A program made the translations under genes and the position numbers. From Dietzia sp. (GTDB lineage Bacteria; Actinomycetota; Actinomycetes; Mycobacteriales; Mycobacteriaceae), in the NCBI GenBank assembly GCA_046289795.1, contig JBKBUP010000001.1, positions 1 to 51,334 on the forward strand: DNA of 51,334 nucleotides, in the 5' to 3' direction. The notes beneath the pieces are model-generated. The model ran no database searches and was not told where the DNA came from. It worked only from the letters and a program-made list of their open reading frames with translations. This document shows positions 1-8,860 of the stretch, one piece after another (within the stretch, counting starts at the first letter, position 1; every line of letters starts with the position of its first letter).

Positions 1-325
1 CAACCAGGTCGCGGCGTTCACGCTGGCCAGCGGGATGGGCCAGTTCCTGCTCCCCGTCCCGGGACAGCCCGTCGAGGAGCGGGTGGAGGAGGTCAGCACC
101 CGCGTCGGCGACGGGTGGGCGGTGTCGTTCAGGGTTCTCCCGGCGGTCCAGCAGAATCTGATCGGGCCCGACGGTGCACTGGTGTACTCGGTGGTCGTCG
201 GGGAGGGGGCCTCTCGCTACTGGCTCACCTACATCGGTCTGCCGGGCGACGGCACCATGGACTCGCCCCACGCGGAGTGGGCGGACGAGATCGCCGAGCG
301 GTTCCGCCCGGTAGACGCCTCCTGA
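1..325 (+). CDS. 5'-truncated CDS; C-terminus resembles Apa/FAP (ModD) fibronectin-attachment family
   Basis: Frame is open from base 2 to TGA at 323-325. AFTLASGMGQFLLPVPG...VYSVVVG...RYWLTYIG...ADEIAERFRPV parallels the recalled mycobacterial Apa C-terminus (LGSDMGEFYMPYPG...IWTGVIG...RWFVVWLG...ALAESIRPL). Confidence 0.5.
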   Translation, partial: NQVAAFTLASGMGQFLLPVPGQPVEERVEEVSTRVGDGWAVSFRVLPAVQQNLIGPDGALVYSVVVGEGASRYWLTYIGLPGDGTMDSPHAEWADEIAERFRPVDAS

Positions 326-369
326 CCCTGCCTGACCTGCCTGACCTGCCCGGCCCCGCCCATCCCGGC

Positions 370-1125
370 TCAGGGACGCATGCGCCGGAAGCTCACCACG
401 TGTCGGGCCCCGGCCAGGTCCTCGCGGGGCGCACACACGCTCTCGACCTGCTGGCGGGCCTGTTCGCGCACCGGGGTCCCGGGGTCCAGGACGGAGAGGT
501 ACTCCTTGTGCTCGGCCAGCGCGTCGACGGCCGGTTCGACGAAGCCCTCGACGTCCACGTAGTGCGTGGGCTCCGGCGAGCTCTCGAACCACATCTGTGG
601 ACGGCCCTCGGCGGCGTCGACGCCGACGGCGGCCACCAGGTCGTCGTAGGCCGCGCCCACCGCGACACCGAACTCGATGTGATCGCTCTGGTTGGGGGCG
701 CCGGGCGCCCACTCGGGCCCGGAGTACAGGGAGATCACGATGTCCGGGCGGTGGCGCCGGATCGAATCGGCCACGGCGTCGCGGAGCCGCGCGTCGTTGA
801 CGATCCTGCTGTCCGGGAAGCCGAGGAACTCCACCTCGTCGACCCCGACGATGGCCGAGGACCGGCGTTGCTCCTCCTCACGGACGGGCCCGGCGATGGA
901 GGGCGGCATCCCCTCGATCCCCGCCTCGCCGCTCGACGCCAGGACGTACACCACGTGCCGTCCCTCCGTGGTCCAGCGGGCCACCGCCGCGGACATGCCG
1001 TACTCGGGATCGTCGGGATGGGCGACCAGCACCAGGCAGCGGGTCCAGTCGGTGGGGAACGGCTCGGGCCGTGCTGCGTTCTCGGGCGATGCGGTGTTCT
1101 CGGGACTGTCCGGGGAATCGCTCAT
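370..1125 (-). CDS. PIG-L/LmbE family deacetylase
   Basis: Motifs LVLVAHPDDPEYG, SSGEAG, REEEQRRS, FLGFPD and a variant QSDH. Start placed at ATG 1125. Confidence 0.85.
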   Translation of the reverse strand: MSDSPDSPENTASPENAARPEPFPTDWTRCLVLVAHPDDPEYGMSAAVARWTTEGRHVVYVLASSGEAGIEGMPPSIAGPVREEEQRRSSAIVGVDEVEFLGFPDSRIVNDARLRDAVADSIRRHRPDIVISLYSGPEWAPGAPNQSDHIEFGVAVGAAYDDLVAAVGVDAAEGRPQMWFESSPEPTHYVDVEGFVEPAVDALAEHKEYLSVLDPGTPVREQARQQVESVCAPREDLAGARHVVSFRRMRP

Positions 1126-1228
1126 GGCACGAGTATGGCCTCCTCTGCTCACGCTCGTCGGGCCTCCGCCGCGCCGGGCGTCGTAGGATTGGCGCGATCT
1201 CGTCGTCGTCCCCTCCTGGAGGCCCCCG

Positions 1229-2398
1229 TTGTCCGCACTCTTCCCTGACTACCGCCCCTCCTGGGAGACCGACGACCACCGGTTGCTGCGCGATCACGCC
1301 CGCGCGTTCTTCGCCAAGGAGATGACGCCCAACCAGGAGAAGTGGGCCAGGCAGAAGTTCGTGGACCGCGAGACCTGGCAGCGCACCGGCGAGGCCGGGT
1401 TGATCTGCCTGGACGTGCCCGAGGAGTTCGGCGGACAGGGCGGCGACCCGGGCATGGAGTACCTGGTGACCGAGGAGCTCGTCTACTCGGGTGACACCGC
1501 GTTCGGGATGGGGGTCGGCTCGACCATCACCCCGCACTACGTGGCCAACTACGCCACCGACGAGCAGAAGCAGGCGTGGCTGCCGAAACTCTGCTCGGGC
1601 GAGTGGATCTCGGCGATCGCCATGACCGAGCCCGGCGCCGGCTCCGACCTGCAGGGAGTGCGCACGACGGCGCGCAGGGAGGGCGAGGGCCCGGACGCCG
1701 TGTACGTGATCAACGGCTCCAAGACCTTCATCTCCAACGGCGGATCCGCCGACTTCGTGGTGGTGGCGGCCAAGACCGACCTCGACGCCGGTCACAGGGG
1801 CATGGCGCTGTTCGCCGTCGAGGCGGACACCCCCGGCTTCGAGCGCGGCCGCGTCCTGGAGAAGATGGGCCGCCACGGCGCCGACACCGCAGAGCTGTTC
1901 TTCAACGACATGCGCGTGCCCGCGGCCAACCTCCTCGGTGGCGAGGAGGGACAGGGCTTCTACCAGCTCATGAACCAGTTGCCGCGCGAGCGCCTGGCGA
2001 TCGCGGTGGACGCCCTGGCGATGGCCGAGGCCGCCGTCGTGGAGACGCTCGCGTACGTCCGCGAACGGCAGGCCTTCGGCAAGCCGATCCTCGAATTCCA
2101 GAACACCCGCTTCGAGTTGGCGACGTGCAAGACCTCCGTCATGGCCACCCGCACGTTCATCGATCACTGCATCCAGCAGGAGATCGCCGGCGAACTCGAC
2201 GCCGTCACCGCCTCGATGGCCAAACTGCAGGCCACCGACATGCTCGACGACGTGGTGGACCGGTGCCTGCAGTTGTTCGGCGGCTACGGCTACATGATGG
2301 AGTACCCCATCGCCCAGAAGTTCGCCGCCGCCCGCGTCATGCGGATCTACGGCGGCACCAACGAGATCATGAAGGAGGTCATCGGCCGGGCGCTGTGA
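1229..2398 (+). CDS. acyl-CoA dehydrogenase (FadE family)
   Basis: Motifs IAMTEPGAGSDL, NGSKTFISNG, RQAFG, QLFGGYGYMMEY, IYGGTNEIMK; GGAGG RBS. Confidence 0.95.
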   Translation: MSALFPDYRPSWETDDHRLLRDHARAFFAKEMTPNQEKWARQKFVDRETWQRTGEAGLICLDVPEEFGGQGGDPGMEYLVTEELVYSGDTAFGMGVGSTITPHYVANYATDEQKQAWLPKLCSGEWISAIAMTEPGAGSDLQGVRTTARREGEGPDAVYVINGSKTFISNGGSADFVVVAAKTDLDAGHRGMALFAVEADTPGFERGRVLEKMGRHGADTAELFFNDMRVPAANLLGGEEGQGFYQLMNQLPRERLAIAVDALAMAEAAVVETLAYVRERQAFGKPILEFQNTRFELATCKTSVMATRTFIDHCIQQEIAGELDAVTASMAKLQATDMLDDVVDRCLQLFGGYGYMMEYPIAQKFAAARVMRIYGGTNEIMKEVIGRAL

Positions 2399-2427
2399 CC
2401 CACCGCGGGCCGGCTCCGAGCGGCTAC

Positions 2428-2445
2428 TATCGACAGCTGTCGATA
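2428..2445. promoter_or_regulatory. ArsR/SmtB-type operator (perfect 18-bp palindrome) upstream of arsC
   Basis: TATCGACAGCTGTCGATA, overlapping a -10-like TACATT; similar boxes lie upstream of other ars genes. Confidence 0.8.
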
Positions 2446-2465
2446 CATTCTGCCGAGGAGTCACC

Positions 2466-2876
2466 GTGACCGATCGTCCCTCCGTCCTCTACGTCTGCGT
2501 CCACAACGCGGGCCGCTCGCAGATGGCCGCGGCCTACACCTCCCACCTGTCCGGTGGCGCGGTGGAGGTCCGCTCGGCCGGCTCGGCACCCGCGGACTCG
2601 ATCAACCCGGCTGTCGCCGCCGCGATGGCGGAGGACGGCATCGACATCTCGGCGGCCACACCGAAGGTGCTCACCACCGAGGCGGTTCAGTCCAGCGACG
2701 TGTGCATCACCATGGGCTGCGGTGACGTCTGCCCGGTCTTCCCGGGCAAGCGCTATCTGGACTGGAGCCTCGACGACCCCGCCGGGCAGGGCGTCGAGGC
2801 CGTCCGGCCCATCCGCGACGAGATCAAGCGCCGCGTAGAGGGTCTGCTCGCCGAACTCGGGGTGCGGTCGGTCTAG
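2466..2876 (+). CDS. arsC: arsenate reductase, LMW-PTPase fold, with CX5R plus resolving cysteines
   Basis: CVHNAGRSQMA P-loop, SAGS, TMGCGDVCP, WSLDDPAG; GAGGAG RBS. Confidence 0.92.
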   Translation: MTDRPSVLYVCVHNAGRSQMAAAYTSHLSGGAVEVRSAGSAPADSINPAVAAAMAEDGIDISAATPKVLTTEAVQSSDVCITMGCGDVCPVFPGKRYLDWSLDDPAGQGVEAVRPIRDEIKRRVEGLLAELGVRSV

Positions 2877-3109
2877 CGGCCGCGCAGTAGTTCGGTGAGC
2901 TGGCGGACGGTCGGCACCTTCCCGCCCAGGACGAGTTCGTCGTCGATCACCAGCCCGGGGGTCTTCATGAGCCCGTAGCCGGCGATCTCGCCGATGTCGG
3001 TGACCTCGATGATCTCGGCGTCCTCGCCGAGTCCGGCCAGGGCCTCCCGCGTGCGGGTGACGAGGGTGTGGCAGTTGCGGCAGCCGGGCCCGAGCACCTT
3101 GACGATCAT
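2873..3109 (-). CDS. small thioredoxin-like redox-active disulfide protein
   Basis: 78 aa, KVLGPGCRNC, MKTPGLVID, GKVP; directly downstream of the permease. Confidence 0.85.
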   Translation of the reverse strand: MIVKVLGPGCRNCHTLVTRTREALAGLGEDAEIIEVTDIGEIAGYGLMKTPGLVIDDELVLGGKVPTVRQLTELLRGR

Positions 3110-3130
3110 TGTTCCTCCTGGATGTGGGGG

Positions 3131-4207
3131 TCAGGCGATGACGTTGAAGAGTAGGCCGATGGCGAGGATGCCGACGGTCACGACGGCGAAGAACAGCGCG
3201 AGCAGCGGTGGCTTCATGACCCGCCTGAGCATGATCGCCTGCGGGATGGACAGCGCGATCGAACTCATGATGAACGCCATGACGGTGCCCAGGCTCATGC
3301 CCTTGGTCCACAACGCCTCGGCGATCGGAACGACCCCGGCGCCGTTGACGTAGAGCGGGATCCCCGCGAGGGTGGCCACGAGCACCGCCAGCGGGTTGTC
3401 CGGGCCCGCCCAGCGGAGGAAGAAGTCCTCGGGGACCCAACCGTGGATAACCGCACCGATGCCGACGCCCACCACCACCCACATCCAGACGCTCCGGAAG
3501 ATGTCGCGGGATTCGCCGAGAGCGGCGTCGACCCGCTCGCGGAGGCTGGGCACGTGCCCGTCCGCGCGGAGAACGGCCACCCGGGTGGTGAAGACGACGT
3601 CGTCGACCCACTTCTCGAGCCGGAACCGGGACAGGGCCCATCCCGCGACGAAGGCGATGGCGGCGCCGGCGCCGACGTAGGCGGCGGCGATGTGCCAGCC
3701 GAACATCTCGCCGATCATGATGGCCGCGATCTCGCTGATGAGCGGTGAGGCGATGAGGAACGCGAGGGTGACCGAGAGCGGTATGCCGGCGGCGACGAAG
3801 CCGATGAACAGTGGGATCGAGCTACAGGAACAGAACGGGGTCACCACGCCCAGCACGATCGCCAGGGTGAGACCGATGAACAGCCCCCGGCCCTCGAGCC
3901 AGTCGCGGGCACGGTCGAGGTCGAGGCTCGCCCGGAGCATGCCCACCAGGAACATCAGGCCGAGGAGCAGGAGGAAGATCTTGACGGTGTCGTAGAGGAA
4001 GAAGTGCGCGGCCCCGACCGCGCGGTCGGCCAGGTCGAGACCGAGCCAGCCGACGGCCGCGTCCCAGAACCACTCGTTGGCCACCCACGCCGCGACCCAC
4101 GCCACCGCGGCCGCGGCGAGCGACGCCACGAGCAGGCGATGCTCACGGGCGCCGGTGTCGGTGTCCACGCCGGACGGGCCGGTCGCGGGGGCGGGTGATC
4201 GGGACAT
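3131..4207 (-). CDS. arsP: ArsP/DUF318 family permease
   Basis: Multi-TM protein with TPFCSCSSIP, FLIASP and GIPLY motifs; located in the ars island. Confidence 0.85.
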   Translation of the reverse strand: MSRSPAPATGPSGVDTDTGAREHRLLVASLAAAAVAWVAAWVANEWFWDAAVGWLGLDLADRAVGAAHFFLYDTVKIFLLLLGLMFLVGMLRASLDLDRARDWLEGRGLFIGLTLAIVLGVVTPFCSCSSIPLFIGFVAAGIPLSVTLAFLIASPLISEIAAIMIGEMFGWHIAAAYVGAGAAIAFVAGWALSRFRLEKWVDDVVFTTRVAVLRADGHVPSLRERVDAALGESRDIFRSVWMWVVVGVGIGAVIHGWVPEDFFLRWAGPDNPLAVLVATLAGIPLYVNGAGVVPIAEALWTKGMSLGTVMAFIMSSIALSIPQAIMLRRVMKPPLLALFFAVVTVGILAIGLLFNVIA

Positions 4208-4226
4208 ACCTCCACTGTAGAATTGA

Positions 4227-4244
4227 TATCGATAGGTGTCTATA
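4227..4244. promoter_or_regulatory. ArsR-type operator between divergent arsP and arsO
   Basis: TATCGATAGGTGTCTATA matches TATCGA-N6-TC(G/T)ATA. Confidence 0.7.
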
Positions 4245-4294
4245 GGAAGTGTTCAGAGGGTCAGAAACGGGGTAGGGCTGTGGGGGGAGACGCT

Positions 4295-5350
4295 GTGGTG
4301 AAGGACCCTGTGGTGAAGGACGCTGTGGCGAGAGACGTCGTGGTGATCGGCGGCGGACAGGCCGGCCTGGCCGCCGGCTTCTACCTCGCCCGCGCCGGCG
4401 CGGATTTCGAGATCCTCGACGCGTCCGAGGGGCCGGGGGGTGCGTGGCCGCACACCTGGCCCTCGTTGCGGCTGTTCTCGCCCGCCGACTACTCCTCGCT
4501 CCCGGGCCGCCGGATGCACCGGACCGACGGCGGCAACCCCGATGCGGCCCATGTGGTGGAGTACCTGCGCGGCTACGAGGAGTACTACGGGCTGCCGGTC
4601 CGGCGTGGGGTCCGGGTCACCAGAGTGGAACGCGGGGATCCGGAGGGATTCGTCGTGCACGCCGCCGACGGCCGCCGCTGGCGCACCCGCGTGGTGATCA
4701 GTGCCACCGGCACGTGGTCGAGGCCGTTCGTGCCGACGTACCCGGGCGTCGGAGCATTTCGGGGCGACCAGGTCCACAGCGCCGGATACCGGGGTCCGGA
4801 ACCGTTCGACGGCCGGCGCGTGGTCGTGGTCGGCGGTGCCAACTCGGGTGCGCAGATCGCCGCCGACCTCGCCGACAGGTGCGAGCTGACCTGGTGCACC
4901 ACCGGCCCACCGCGCTATCTGCCCGACGACGTCGACGGACGCGAGCTGTTCCGGGTGGCCAGCGCCGAGGGTGGCCGCGGTATCGCAGCCCTCGGCGACA
5001 TCGTCGTCGTCCCCCCGGTCCTCGCTGCCCGCGACGCGGGCAAGCTGGTCGACACCCCGATGTTCGACAGGTTCCACCCGGACGGTGTCGGGTGGGACGA
5101 CGGCCGACGCGAGCCGGTCGACGCGGTGATCTGGTGCACCGGGTTCCGGCCGGCTCTCGGGCACCTCCGCGCCCTGGGGCTACCGCGGGTCGGCGGCAGG
5201 GTGGTGGCCGACGGCCCCGCCGTCCCGGACGTGCCCGGGCTGTTCCTGCTCGGCTACGGCGACTGGTGCGGCGCGGCCTCGGCGACCCTCATCGGGGTGG
5301 GGCAGTGGGCGAAGGCCGCCGTGGCCGCTGCGCTCCCGGTCACGACTTGA
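4295..5350 (+). CDS. ArsO-like flavin-dependent monooxygenase
   Basis: GGGQAG, GGAWPHTWPSLRLFSP, ATG, FMO motif FRGDQVHSAGY, GGANSG, WCTGF. Start uncertain (GTG at 4280, 4295 or 4298). Confidence 0.85.
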   Translation: MVKDPVVKDAVARDVVVIGGGQAGLAAGFYLARAGADFEILDASEGPGGAWPHTWPSLRLFSPADYSSLPGRRMHRTDGGNPDAAHVVEYLRGYEEYYGLPVRRGVRVTRVERGDPEGFVVHAADGRRWRTRVVISATGTWSRPFVPTYPGVGAFRGDQVHSAGYRGPEPFDGRRVVVVGGANSGAQIAADLADRCELTWCTTGPPRYLPDDVDGRELFRVASAEGGRGIAALGDIVVVPPVLAARDAGKLVDTPMFDRFHPDGVGWDDGRREPVDAVIWCTGFRPALGHLRALGLPRVGGRVVADGPAVPDVPGLFLLGYGDWCGAASATLIGVGQWAKAAVAAALPVTT

Positions 5351-5693
5351 GGCGCTCGACGATCTCGACGAACTCCTCCGCGTAACCCAGGTGGGTCCGC
5401 AGGCGGTCGAGCCGCTCGGTGGCCTCGGCCTCGATCTCGGCGATCAGGGTCGCCGATCCTGCCGGGTCATCGGCGCGGCCGTCCAGGGCCCGGCAGAAGT
5501 CCCGCATCCGCTCGAGGCTGAACCCCAGGGGTTTCATCCGACGGATGAGCAGGATCCGTTCGACGTCTCCCGGTGTGTAGAGGCGGAAGCCGCCGGGGGA
5601 GTGTGCGGACGGGCTGACCAGACCGAGTTCGTCGTAGTGTCGCAGGCTCCGGATCGACAGCGCGGTGCGCTCGGCGACCTCACCGATCTTCAT
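5340..5693 (-). CDS. MerR family transcriptional regulator (short)
   Basis: MKIGEVAERTALSIRSLRHYDELGLVSP...GGFRLY, MKPLGFSLE. Start at ATG 5693 rather than 6032. Confidence 0.9.
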   Translation of the reverse strand: MKIGEVAERTALSIRSLRHYDELGLVSPSAHSPGGFRLYTPGDVERILLIRRMKPLGFSLERMRDFCRALDGRADDPAGSATLIAEIEAEATERLDRLRTHLGYAEEFVEIVERLKS

Positions 5694-5724
5694 GGTCTGC
5701 TCGCCGCGAATTGGCCCGCCCACA

Positions 5725-5769
5725 ACTCTCCCATTACGGTAGCTTTCTACTCTCGCGCAGTGTGAGAGT
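5725..5769. promoter_or_regulatory. candidate MerR operator(s) between merR and sulP
   Basis: Inverted repeat ACTCTC-N9-GAGAGT at 5749-5769, plus a second ACTCTC half-site at 5725-5730. Confidence 0.55.
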
Positions 5770-5793
5770 CCTGACCTCGACTGTAGGTGATCC

Positions 5794-7308
5794 GTGAGCA
5801 CCGAGTTCCCGACCGGCGTGCTGCCCTCGTTCCGCGCCGCGTTCTCCTCTCCTGCCCGGCTCCGGACAGAGGTGCTCGCCGGCCTCGTGGTGGCGCTGGC
5901 ACTCATCCCGGAGGCGATCTCGTTCTCCATCCTCGCGGGCGTCGACCCCCGCGTGGGTCTGTTCGCCTCCTTCACCATGGCGGTCACGATCGCCTTCACC
6001 GGCGGTCGCCCGGCGATGATCTCCGCGGCCACCGGAGCGATAGCCCTGGTCGTGGCGCCGGTGGTGCTCGAGCACGGACTGGACTACCTCATCGCCACGG
6101 TCCTGCTGGCCGGGGTGTTGCAGATCCTGTTGAGCGTGTTCGGGGTCGCGAGGTTGATGCGGTTCATCCCCCGGTCGGTCATGGTCGGATTCGTCAACGC
6201 GCTCGCGATCCTCATCTTCATGGCGCAGATCCCGCACCTGGTGGGGGTGCCGTGGCTGGTGTATCCGCTGGTGGCCGTGGGCCTCGCCGTCATGGTGTTC
6301 TTCCCCAGGCTCACCACGGTGATCCCCGCGCCGCTGATCGCGATCGTGGCCCTGACGGCCGTGGTCGTCTGGGTGGGGTGGTCCGTCCCGAACGTGCGCG
6401 ACCAGGGTGAACTTCCCGGGTCTCTCCCGAGCCTCCTGATCCCCGACGTGCCGTGGACCCTGGAGACCCTGCAGATCATCGCCCCCTATGCGCTGGCGAT
6501 GGCGCTCGTGGGGCTCATGGAGTCCCTGATGACGGCCAAGCTGGTCGACGACATCACGGAGACCCACTCCGACAAGACGCGCGAGGGCTGGGGTCAGGGC
6601 GTCGCCAACCTCGTCACCGGCTTCTTCGGCGGGATGGGCGGCTGCGCGATGATCGGGCAGACGATGATCAACGTCAAGGCCTCGGGCGCCCGGACGCGGC
6701 TGTCCACCCTGCTCGCCGGCGTGTTCCTGCTGGTCCTCGTCGTCGTCCTGGGCGATATCGTCGGACTCATCCCGATGGCCGCGCTGGTCGCGGTGATGAT
6801 CATGGTCTCGGTGGGGACCATGGACTGGCACTCGATCCATCCCCGGACCCTGCGGCTGATGCCGCTGTCCGAGACCCTCGTCATGGTCGTCACCGTGGCG
6901 GCCACCGTGTGGACGCACAACCTCGCGATCGGCGTGATCCTCGGTGTGGTCACCGCGATGATCATGTTCGCGCGCCGGGTCGCGCACATGACGACCATCG
7001 AGAAGGTCGCCGAGCTCGACACCGACGACGACGGTGCAGTCGACACCCGCACCTACCGGGTCACCGGGGAGCTGTTCTGGGCGTCCAGCAACGACCTCGT
7101 GTACCAGTTCGACTACTCCGGCGACCCCGAGCACGTGGTGCTCGATCTCACCGACGCCGACATCTGGGACGCCTCGACCGTCGCCACGCTGGACGCCGTG
7201 CAGCACAAGTACGCCGCCAAGGGTAAGACGCTCACGGTGATCGGACTCGACGGGGCCAGCCAGGATCGCCTCGACAAGCTCTCGGGCAGGCTCGGCGCCG
7301 GGCACTGA
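5794..7308 (+). CDS. SulP/SLC26 family anion transporter with C-terminal STAS domain
   Basis: LAGLVVALALIPEAISF, GGRPAMIS, GFVNALAI, GGMGGCAMIGQT, and STAS-like VTGELFWAS...IWDAS. Confidence 0.93.
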   Translation: MSTEFPTGVLPSFRAAFSSPARLRTEVLAGLVVALALIPEAISFSILAGVDPRVGLFASFTMAVTIAFTGGRPAMISAATGAIALVVAPVVLEHGLDYLIATVLLAGVLQILLSVFGVARLMRFIPRSVMVGFVNALAILIFMAQIPHLVGVPWLVYPLVAVGLAVMVFFPRLTTVIPAPLIAIVALTAVVVWVGWSVPNVRDQGELPGSLPSLLIPDVPWTLETLQIIAPYALAMALVGLMESLMTAKLVDDITETHSDKTREGWGQGVANLVTGFFGGMGGCAMIGQTMINVKASGARTRLSTLLAGVFLLVLVVVLGDIVGLIPMAALVAVMIMVSVGTMDWHSIHPRTLRLMPLSETLVMVVTVAATVWTHNLAIGVILGVVTAMIMFARRVAHMTTIEKVAELDTDDDGAVDTRTYRVTGELFWASSNDLVYQFDYSGDPEHVVLDLTDADIWDASTVATLDAVQHKYAAKGKTLTVIGLDGASQDRLDKLSGRLGAGH

Positions 7309-7353
7309 GCACGGGACGTTCCCGAACCGGCCACTCCGGTGCTCCGGGCGCGG

Positions 7354-7638
7354 TCAGCTGATCGTGACGCCACCGGTCGGGCCCGGCTGGCCGTCCGCCC
7401 CCGTGATCCACCACATCTCGAGTTCGACCTCGCGTTTGGTGCCGGAGGTCTTGGGCACGTCCTTGATCTCGATGTCGAGCCGCACGGTGTCCGGGACCTC
7501 GATGTCGAGGCTGTTGCCGTCCTGGTCGAAGGTCACGGTGCCGGACCGGATGCGCTCGGCCAGCGTGGCCAACAGATCCGCGACGGCCTCGCGCGAGTAG
7601 GTGTCCTTGCTGCGGAGGAGTCGGTTGGAGAGGCTCAT
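7354..7638 (-). CDS. amphi-Trp domain-like small protein
   Basis: Amphipathic helix SREAVADLLATLAERIRSG followed by beta-rich segments ending ELEMWW. Confidence 0.7.
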   Translation of the reverse strand: MSLSNRLLRSKDTYSREAVADLLATLAERIRSGTVTFDQDGNSLDIEVPDTVRLDIEIKDVPKTSGTKREVELEMWWITGADGQPGPTGGVTIS

Positions 7639-7685
7639 GGTCTGATCATCCGCTTTCGCGGACCGCGCCGGATAGGTTCCAAAAA

Positions 7686-7719
7686 TATCGATGAGTGTCT
7701 ATATTGATGGGTGTCGATA
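7686..7719. promoter_or_regulatory. tandem ArsR-type operators upstream of arsC-arsD-arsA
   Basis: TATCGATGAGTGTCTATA (7686-7703) and TATTGATGGGTGTCGATA (7702-7719). Confidence 0.75.
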
Positions 7720-7737
7720 CGAGGCTTGGAGGCCGAC

Positions 7738-8442
7738 ATGTCCCGATCCGTGCACGACGCTCCTCTACCTGAGCTGCTCATGCCCCAGACCCAACTCCAG
7801 CGCGACGCCCGCGAGCTGGCCCGGCACTACGAGGGCGTGTTCAGTCCGCAGACCGTCGAGCGCGTGGTGTTCGAGTCCTATGCCGCGTTGCGTCGTACCG
7901 CGCGGGTCACCACGCACCTGCCGTCGCTTTCCCGCCGCTTCGCGACCGACCGGCTCAAGGCCCTCGCGCAGGCCGAGGGGCGCGTCGCCAAGGACGTCCC
8001 CGAGGTGCTCTTCATCTGCGTCCAGAACTCGGGGCGCTCCCAGATGGCCGCGGCTCTCATGGCGGACCGGTCGGAGGGACGGGTCCACGTCCGGTCCGCG
8101 GGGTCGCTCCCGGGGTCCGGGATCGACGAGAACTGTCAGGCGGCCATGGCCGAGATCGGACTCGACCTGACCTCGGAGTACCCCAAGCCGCTCACCGACG
8201 ACGTGGTGGCGGCCGCCGACGTGGTGATCTCCATGGGGTGCGGGGACGCCTGCGCCGTCTACCCGGGCAAGCGGTACCTGGACTGGGACGTCTCGGACCC
8301 CGCCGGCCAGGATCTCGACCGCGTGCGTTCGATCCGTGACGACATCGACGCCCGGGTCCGAAGGACCCTCCCGGAGATCATCGGCATGACGCCCGCCCCC
8401 GCCGCGGGTGTTCCATCCAGTGAAGGGACAACGGCGACATGA
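7738..8442 (+). CDS. arsC: arsenate reductase with N-terminal three-helix bundle (ArsC1'-like, thioredoxin-coupled type)
   Basis: Helical N-terminal domain, then CVQNSGRSQMA, SMGCGDAC, WDVSDPAG; GGAGG RBS before ATG 7738. Confidence 0.9.
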   Translation: MSRSVHDAPLPELLMPQTQLQRDARELARHYEGVFSPQTVERVVFESYAALRRTARVTTHLPSLSRRFATDRLKALAQAEGRVAKDVPEVLFICVQNSGRSQMAAALMADRSEGRVHVRSAGSLPGSGIDENCQAAMAEIGLDLTSEYPKPLTDDVVAAADVVISMGCGDACAVYPGKRYLDWDVSDPAGQDLDRVRSIRDDIDARVRRTLPEIIGMTPAPAAGVPSSEGTTAT

Positions 8443-8843
8443 CCACGAAGATCACCGTCTACGAACCCGCACTCTGCTGCTCGACCGGGGTGTGCGGACC
8501 GGATGTGCCCGCCGAACTCGTCGAGTTCTCCGCCGACTGCGACTGGCTCGCCGCAGCGGGGACCCCGGTGGAGCGGCTCAACCTCGCCGCCGAGCCGATG
8601 CGTTTCGCGTCGGACGAGGAGGTCGGCGCCTTCCTCCGGCTGAGTGGGTCCGAGGGGCTCCCGCTGTTCCGCGTGGACGGCGTCACCACGCTCACCGGTC
8701 GCTACCCCACGCGCGCGGAGTTGGCGCGCTGGGCGGGACTGGACGTGACCACGCTGGTCCCCTCGGTCGCCGGCGCGGCGCCCGTCGGCGCGGACCTGTT
8801 GGCCGACGGCGACGACAACTGCGGCCCGTCCGGTTGCTGCTGA
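8439..8843 (+). CDS. arsD: arsenite metallochaperone ArsD
   Basis: YEPALCCSTGVCG, RLNLA, GRYPTRAEL, C-terminal CGPSGCC; ATGA overlap with arsC. Confidence 0.95.
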   Translation: MTTKITVYEPALCCSTGVCGPDVPAELVEFSADCDWLAAAGTPVERLNLAAEPMRFASDEEVGAFLRLSGSEGLPLFRVDGVTTLTGRYPTRAELARWAGLDVTTLVPSVAGAAPVGADLLADGDDNCGPSGCC

Positions 8844-8860
8844 TCCCCCGAAAGGTATCC

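Noticed and set aside
321-350. CCTGACCTG 9-nt tandem repeat after the first ORF
   Set aside because: A short slippage repeat between convergent genes with no evidence of function.
8408-8860. Apparent N-terminal extension of ArsA; similar extensions on Acr3, ArsC, MerR, DUF2332, FadD, TetR, TmaT and ArgJ
   Set aside because: The extensions overlap neighbouring genes or promoters, and downstream starts have an RBS, a leaderless -10 or a stop-start overlap. They are not fusions.
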